Of a DNA stretch of 64,000 bases, positions 57,481 to 64,000 are shown in pieces (the first letter of the stretch is position 1; every line of letters starts with the position of its first letter). The position numbers and the translations under genes are program-made. This DNA comes from the human T2T-CHM13v2.0 reference genome, Homo sapiens, in NCBI RefSeq assembly GCF_009914755.1, contig NC_060929.1. One strand, given 5' to 3'. The notes under the pieces are model-generated. The model had not been told where the DNA came from, did no database searches, and saw only the letters and a program-made list of their open reading frames with translations.

Positions 57481-58616
57481 TTAGATTTGACCCATCTTCA
57501 AGTGGCACCAAAAAAAGGTAATGAAGAGAGATGGAAGGGGATGTGGCTACAGATCAGACTTCGTTGCTGCTATTTGAGTCAAGGATATGAGCAGCATATT
57601 CTTTGAGCAGTCGATATCATAAAAAAAAAACTCAGATTGGTTATATTACCAGTATCCCACCCAAGAAGGCTGCTCACTGGGCAAACAACCTACAGCAGTG
57701 AGGGGCTGTCTATGGACAGCTACAAATGGAAGAGGAAGATCTGAGTCCAGATAACTCACGTCAGGAAATTGTATAGATCTGAGGCCTCCTGGGGCATTCC
57801 AGAAAAGCCAATAGTGCATCCTGCAAGAGAAAAAATGTTTGATTGCTGGCTGCAGAGAGGATATGGCTTAAGAGGAAGCAGCTTCCAAAGAGCAGTGATC
57901 AGCAACCAAGTAGAGACTTTTGCCCTTTTTAATTCTTCCTGTTCTCAACCACCAAGAAAAGCAAGTTTCTATAAAAGGGAGCATGAATGTTGCAGAGCTT
58001 TTGCTTGCATGTGAATTGAGAAGTTTTATACAGATTGCACTACATTCTATTGAGCAAAAATAACTAGAAAGAGTTGGTCACAAATAGGATTTCATGGGAG
58101 GTTGGGGGATGAATTTCAATATGTTCCAAAAGGCAAGGTTGAAAGAAGAGAAGGAAAACACAATCCATTTTATGTTTATGCAAAGGGTTGAGACTCCTCA
58201 GTAAACCAGTCCAGCAATGTTCTAAAGACAGCAGATTTGCAAACGTCTAATGACTATAATAGAAATGGTTCCATCAGTTTAAAGAATGAGGAAATCATAG
58301 TGCCCTCAACACTTTCCTGACCATGGCTCATTACCTTAATAGTAAAACTGACCAAAGAACCCACACTAGAGTTTCTCCTCCATCCTACTTATGTTTTAAC
58401 ACATGAAGTTCTCTACAGGATCATGTATCACTTGATTCAAATTCAGACCTTAGTACCTGTGAGTTTTTCAATCTGGCAGGCTCCAGAAAAGTAAAGACAT
58501 TTCAAGAGACTACTGAATTATCAGAGTTCTGCAATGTTATGTGAATTTGGGCACATCTCTTTAAAGTTATTTATAGCTGGACCAAAAGTCTGTATATACC
58601 CTTAGAGAATTCCTAT

Positions 58617-59719
58617 TGAGAGGTGACAACGTGCTAGCAGCCCTCGCTCGCTCTCAGCGCCTCCTAGGCCTAGGCGTCCACGCTGCCTGCGCTGGAGGAG
58701 CCCTTCAGCCCGCCGCTGCGCTGTAGGGGCCCCTCTCTGGGGCTGGCCGAGGCTGGAGCCGGCTCCCTCTGCTTGCGGGGAGGTGTGGAGGGAGAGGCGT
58801 GGGCGGGAGCTGGGGCTGCGGGGAGTGCTCGCTGGCAGGCGCGGTTTCCGGATGGGTGCGGGATGGGCAGGCCCGGGCTCGGCATGGGCGGCCCAGGCTC
58901 GGCTGGCCTGCACTCCGCGAGGCAGGCCTGTGCCTGCTGGGCTTGATCAGAGGTTGGGTCCCGTGCGTGGACCTCTGTTCCCTCTTCGTGGGGTCCTTGG
59001 CCACGATGGCAGGTCTCTGTCTCTTTCTGGCTTCGCCTCTTTTCCGCTTGGTTGTCTGGGAGGAGCTCCCTCTGGGCTGCTGGAGAGTGCCTGGGCTAGG
59101 TGCAGCAAAGTCCCCAGGCGAGTGCCAGTGAGAGGTGAAGACAGCTGGGCTTCTGAGACCTGTGGGGACTTAGAGAGCTTTTCTGTCAAGCTAAAGGTTT
59201 GTAAACGCACCAATCAGCACTCTGTGTCTAGCTAAAGGTTTGTAAATGCACCAATCAGCACTCTGTGTCTAGCTAAAGGTTTGTAAACATACCAATCAGT
59301 GCTCTGTCAAAACTGACCAATCAGCTCTCTGTAAAATTGACCAATCAGTAGGATGTGGGTGGGGCCAGATAAGGGAATAAAAGCAGGCCACCCGCATCGA
59401 CAATCCGCTGGGGTTCCCTACCACGCGGTGGTGGTTTAGTTCGTTTGCTGTTTGCAATAAATCTGGCTGCTGCTCACTCTTTGCGTCCAGGAGGCCTTCC
59501 TTATGTGCTGTAACAGTCACTGCAAAGGTCTGCAACTTCACTCCTGAAGTCAGTGAAACCACGAACCCGCCAGAAGGAAAAAACTCCTGACACATTTGAA
59601 CATCTGAAGGAACAAACTCCGGACACACCATCTTTAAGAACTGTAACACTCACTGCGAGGGTCCGCGTGGCTTCATTCTTGAAGTCAGCGAGACCAAGAA
59701 CCCACCAATTCTGGCCACA
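58617..59719 (+). mobile_element. LTR12 (ERV9) solo LTR, LTR12D-like
   Basis: TGAGAGGTGACAACGTG start, 'cccaccaattctggccaca' end, perfect 4-bp TSD ctat. Confidence 0.96.
59190..59385 (+). promoter_or_regulatory. LTR12 U3 enhancer/promoter
   Basis: CCAATCAG (NF-Y) at 59210, 59251, 59292, 59317, 59341; GT-box; AGATAAG 59367; TATA-like AATAAAA 59376. Confidence 0.75.
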
Positions 59720-61442
59720 CTATGAACCAATTTTTCTAGTTAAACATCACTATCAGATATTGGAAAACATGGAAGGCTTTCAGGGATCTCATCTCAGCAT
59801 ACGCTGGAGTGAGATGGAGGATCACTAAGTGCTTAACTATTCTTGTGTGATTCTGGTTCTCTCAACTGTCCAGAATCCCGGTTTAAATAGGGTTTGGGCA
59901 GACATCTGTGGTATACTAGGTTTGCCTCAGTATTTTGTATCTCTACAAATATTCAAGAGAGTCAAGAATGTCTTAGGACTTACAGCACAGTTTACTGAGT
60001 GTCAATATGCAACTACTGTAGTGAATATTGCAGTGATATAGGTATGCTCTCCTTCATTATTGAACTGATATGCAGAACACCAGGCCCCTCACATGACCCA
60101 AAATTGATAAGATTGTCTAATAGTGGTAGGAGGTCTTGCCTCTCTTAAATAGAGCTGCTTGTCTTTTTTACTTTTACAGATAATGCTTTTCTACAAGTAG
60201 GTTAGATAGGCCAAGGTAATTTAATTTGTACGTTTATAAAGGACAGATACACAGTATGCATTCTAGAGCTGAGTTTACATGCTTTTCAGAATACAGGCCT
60301 CAAGGCTTATCAGTTTTACAAATATAGTTTAAAGGATGATCTAAGCCATTTTTTTTGTGTGTGTGAAGGTGCAGATGTACCTGGGCCTTAATAGCTATTA
60401 AAAAGCAAAGAAATTGTACCTTTTCCAAAACGCTTAGGGGTTGAAAAAAGTCATCGAGATGAGTTTACACAAGAAATAGTGAATGTGAATGTCTATGGCT
60501 AATGGATTTATTTACTGAGCAGGGGATTTAGAGGGAAAATTGATCATTAAATGTCAATCAGAAAAGGATCCCTTAGAACAACAAAAAAAGAAAAGGATCT
60601 GTTGTCTGAGAGAGGGAGTTCTATACATGGTGCTAATAGAGTTCAGTGGAGATTTTTAAAAGCCTCCTCCCTACTTCTTAGTTGATAAAACAACGCAAAA
60701 CAACATATACAAGGAAGATCTGATGACTGAGATTGTTAGGGTTATAGAGGTCAGCACCTGCTTAATGTAGGCAACACTTCCTAAATAAATATCAAAGTGC
60801 AGACTGTGTAATTTGCTCAGAGAGCTCTAAGCAAAACCACAATCACATCATAATTTGAAAGCACAAGATGACATATTAATCCACTTTGCCCTTATGTTTT
60901 AATCATGGAACTGATCCAGTTACTCCTGGAATTGGAGGGGATCAGATTAGAAAATTTACAATTTATGTATTTTTTGTTTAATTTGTGTGTGTGTGTTTCT
61001 CTGTGTGCTTATGGAAGTGTGACTTTAGGATATTTCATTTTTTTATAATGCTGCTCTTAATTTTTAGCATTTAAAATATTGCTTGAAGTCTGAGGTGATG
61101 TTCAAAGCCCAATATAGACTATTGTACAAACTACCTAGGCTTGTAGGAGTTAATGATCTAAAAACCTGGAAGTCTGTCTTTGTATATTTTGTTATATGCA
61201 TAATGCTTGGGGCACTTGCAATGTGTTTTCTTTACTTTGAACTAAATTTTTCTTTACATCTGGAAGATCCTTTATCATGTATTGATTTAAGAGGCCCATA
61301 GAATTTCTCTGTGTCAGATCCTTTGTATAATGTTTAATAAGAATGCATTTAACTGAATTCCCAAAGTGCCTTTTTGCCATATATTTCTTTGTATTAATAG
61401 CCTCACATAATAATTCAAACATTGAATTCATTCTACTGTTAA

Positions 61443-61470
61443 GTGTGTGTGTGTGTGTGTGTGTGTGTGT
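61443..61470. repeat. (TG)n microsatellite
   Basis: Direct reading. Confidence 0.95.
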
Positions 61471-62663
61471 ATTTTAAGAGTTTATTTTATGATTATCAAA
61501 TGCCAAGGGAGTTTGCTGAACAAGTGGAAGCAAAACTTGAAGGGATAATAATGTCTGTCTCTTCAGAAGATATTTTCTATTTCTAATACTTTTGCTTTTT
61601 CTCCTTATTTTTTTCTAAACTGGGACTCAGTACAGACAATAACTCCCAATCTCAGACTTCTGCTTCTACTCTTATCTCTTCTCACAGGAGACTTGTTAAC
61701 TGTAATGTGAATATACGGACGCGAGGCACTAAGATAGCAAGAGAGAGTAACTCTTTCTTGTTAGAAAGTGACAAACATAAATATTTTAAAATATAATGTT
61801 TTAAGCCTCACATCTCATAATTTTTTTAGTCTTATGTAATACTAAATTTTCATGAGGTTCTTGGAAAAAAAACTTCATTAGTACCTAGATAACATAATTA
61901 AACAATTTATTTGCCATATCTTTTGATATGATGATCTCCATTTTTGTAGGATTAATTTCCTTTTTTATGATTTTATAAAGTATACCTGATGTTTTTCCCA
62001 TAAATTTTAGCTCAATAGATCTTTGTCATTAAATGTTTAAAACTTTATTTTCCAAATTAGACTTTGAAAGTTTTTTCCCGATTTGGACTTTTTCATTAAC
62101 TTTGTCAGATTTGTGTATATATTGAGTATGAGCATGTGAGCCAAAATCTGCTTAGATTTGGGGGAATATAGAAATAATTAAGTGGGTATTTTCCTCCAAG
62201 ATATCCACTCTAATGACAGGTGGCAATGGCAGATGCAACTGCTTCACAATGAGATCAGTATTATAACAAAGTGAAGTAGTAGTTCTATAAAATTTGGAAA
62301 GGGAAATACTGCTTTTAAATGGAGCAGTTGAGGAATTAGCCTAGATAAAATACAAGCGTTTTCTGAGTAAAGAAGTAATTTAGGATATTTTAGAGAGAAG
62401 GGGCAGCATTATCAATACCCAAAGACAATTATTGTACAGATATTAACTAGATAGGCTTGGACGGCCTCACCAATACCTTAATTTTAGGAACTGGAAAACC
62501 TGAAGTAATTCTCAACTTGAGTTGAATGGGCGATGACAGGACATAGAGCTGGAGAGAGGAATACATGTACATCTAAAGTTAATCTGGCACTCATTATGTC
62601 CTAGATGCTTCATGTATTTTATCTCTTTTATTTTCACGACATGATAATTCTTCGTTGAGTGTT

Positions 62664-62758
62664 TTTGAAGGTTAATTTCATGTGTCAACTTGACTGGGCT
62701 AAGAGAGGCCCAGATAACCTGTAAAACATTATTACATTGTTTCTGGGTCTTTCTGTTT
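62664..62758 (+). mobile_element. MLT2 (ERVL LTR) 5' fragment
   Basis: 'ggttaatttcatgtgtcaacttgactgggctaag..gcccagata..tgtaaaacattatt'. Confidence 0.85.
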
Positions 62759-63279
62759 GTAGCATACATATACATATATGTATATGGAGACTCCTAATAC
62801 AGTTTTAATATACAGGGGATAAAGGGATGTATTTAAGAGAGATTACCCAAAATAAAATGTGTGGAAACTGGAAATAAACCCAGTTGAAAATTTTAGCAAA
62901 TGCTTACTGATTGATTGTCATAGCTCAATAATTTGTTAACTATAGCCATATTGTTTCCACAAAGGGCAATGATTTATATAAATAAAATGTATAATGATTT
63001 ACATAAATTATAATAAAGAATTTTTGGTTTTTCCTAAAGTAAGTGGAAAGTAGTAACATGATTAGATCTGAGATATAGAAACACAAGTCTAGCACCCAGC
63101 CCCAGGGATAATGGTGAAGGAAAGGGGATTAACAGTTTTAAAAGGTATTTTTAATAGACAAGACAAAGTAATTGTAAGTAGGGTAGTGCATGTAATTTTT
63201 TCACAAGACTGGAATGAAGACATATTAGGAGGTGAATTTTTGAAAAGTAGGTAAAGAAGGAAGATCTTTGATGCAGTGA

Positions 63280-63545
63280 ACACTTTTATGTGCCAGATAC
63301 TTTGTGTATATCTGTATATTATCTCACATGAATCCTCACAACACCTTCTTTTTTTTCTTGGTTAAGATTTCCAATTCCATTAATGGAAACCACCCTACTC
63401 CACAATTCTTAAAATTGGGGATAATCTTAATAATTGTGAAGCCATTACCTGTAAGGGGTTATCACCACTCCAAATACCACCAGCAGTGGGGCCCATTATT
63501 GACAATTTATAAGTATAAAAGTCTAAGCTTAGCTTAGCCATGTCC
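63280..63545 (-). mobile_element. MIR interrupted by about 135 bp of non-MIR sequence
   Basis: 'tatgtgccagatactttg...attatctcacatgaatcctcacaacacc', then weak MIR-like text after about 63482. Confidence 0.55.
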
Positions 63546-64000
63546 ATTTTTTATCAAAGGCTTGTCTCAAGATCAGTTGTGTATAAAAGAGAGAAAATGG
63601 TAGATGTGTGTGTGATTTGGAAATTCTGTGTGATTAACATGTGCTTTTTCATTTTTTTACAGTGGTAGATTTGAAAGCATCAGGAGGCTTTGGAAAAACA
63701 TAAAAACTCAATTCAGAGGGTCTAAGCCCTGTCATTCCTGTACTTCCATCCAGAACACTGCCTATTCTATGAGGAGAAACCAAATGCTTCATAGATAGCA
63801 CACCAAATTTCTGGCACCCTTTCTTAGGCCTTTAAATCTTTTTTACTGTTCCTTAGCAACTCTGTTGGAATACTAATGGTTTCGTATTTTCACACCACCA
63901 CACCACATCTATCCTCAATAGCCCATGGTGGAAACAAGAATACACAGTAGAGAACATATTGGACTCCATGTGCACCAAAACCAGTCTCAATATCTGGAAA

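Noticed and set aside
58602-59828. Pro/Arg/Gly-rich ORFs up to 150 aa
   Set aside because: Entirely within or starting in LTR12; compositional artefact

Overview
AT-rich primate (human-like) non-coding DNA, roughly half made of recognisable transposable-element relics: Alu, L1/HAL1, L2, MIR, MaLR/ERV solo LTRs and hAT/Tigger MITEs. I find no supportable protein-coding gene, RNA gene or CRISPR array. The ORF track is explained by Alu, L1 and LTR sequence or by chance. Most long L1s and most LTRs lie on the minus strand, which suggests an intron of a plus-strand transcription unit (inference). The clearest structures are rearrangement scars: a MER33 split by an 8.5-kb nested L1 complex, two Alu-Alu recombinant junctions, a fold-back templated-repeat array in an L1, a 66-bp templated duplication and a tiny L1PA with a 3' transduction. 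Functional candidates are a CpG-rich LTR12 promoter, a possible microexon and a possible ancient ND5 NUMT. I see no convincing novel biological system. Subfamily names come from remembered consensus sequences and need RepeatMasker/Dfam confirmation.
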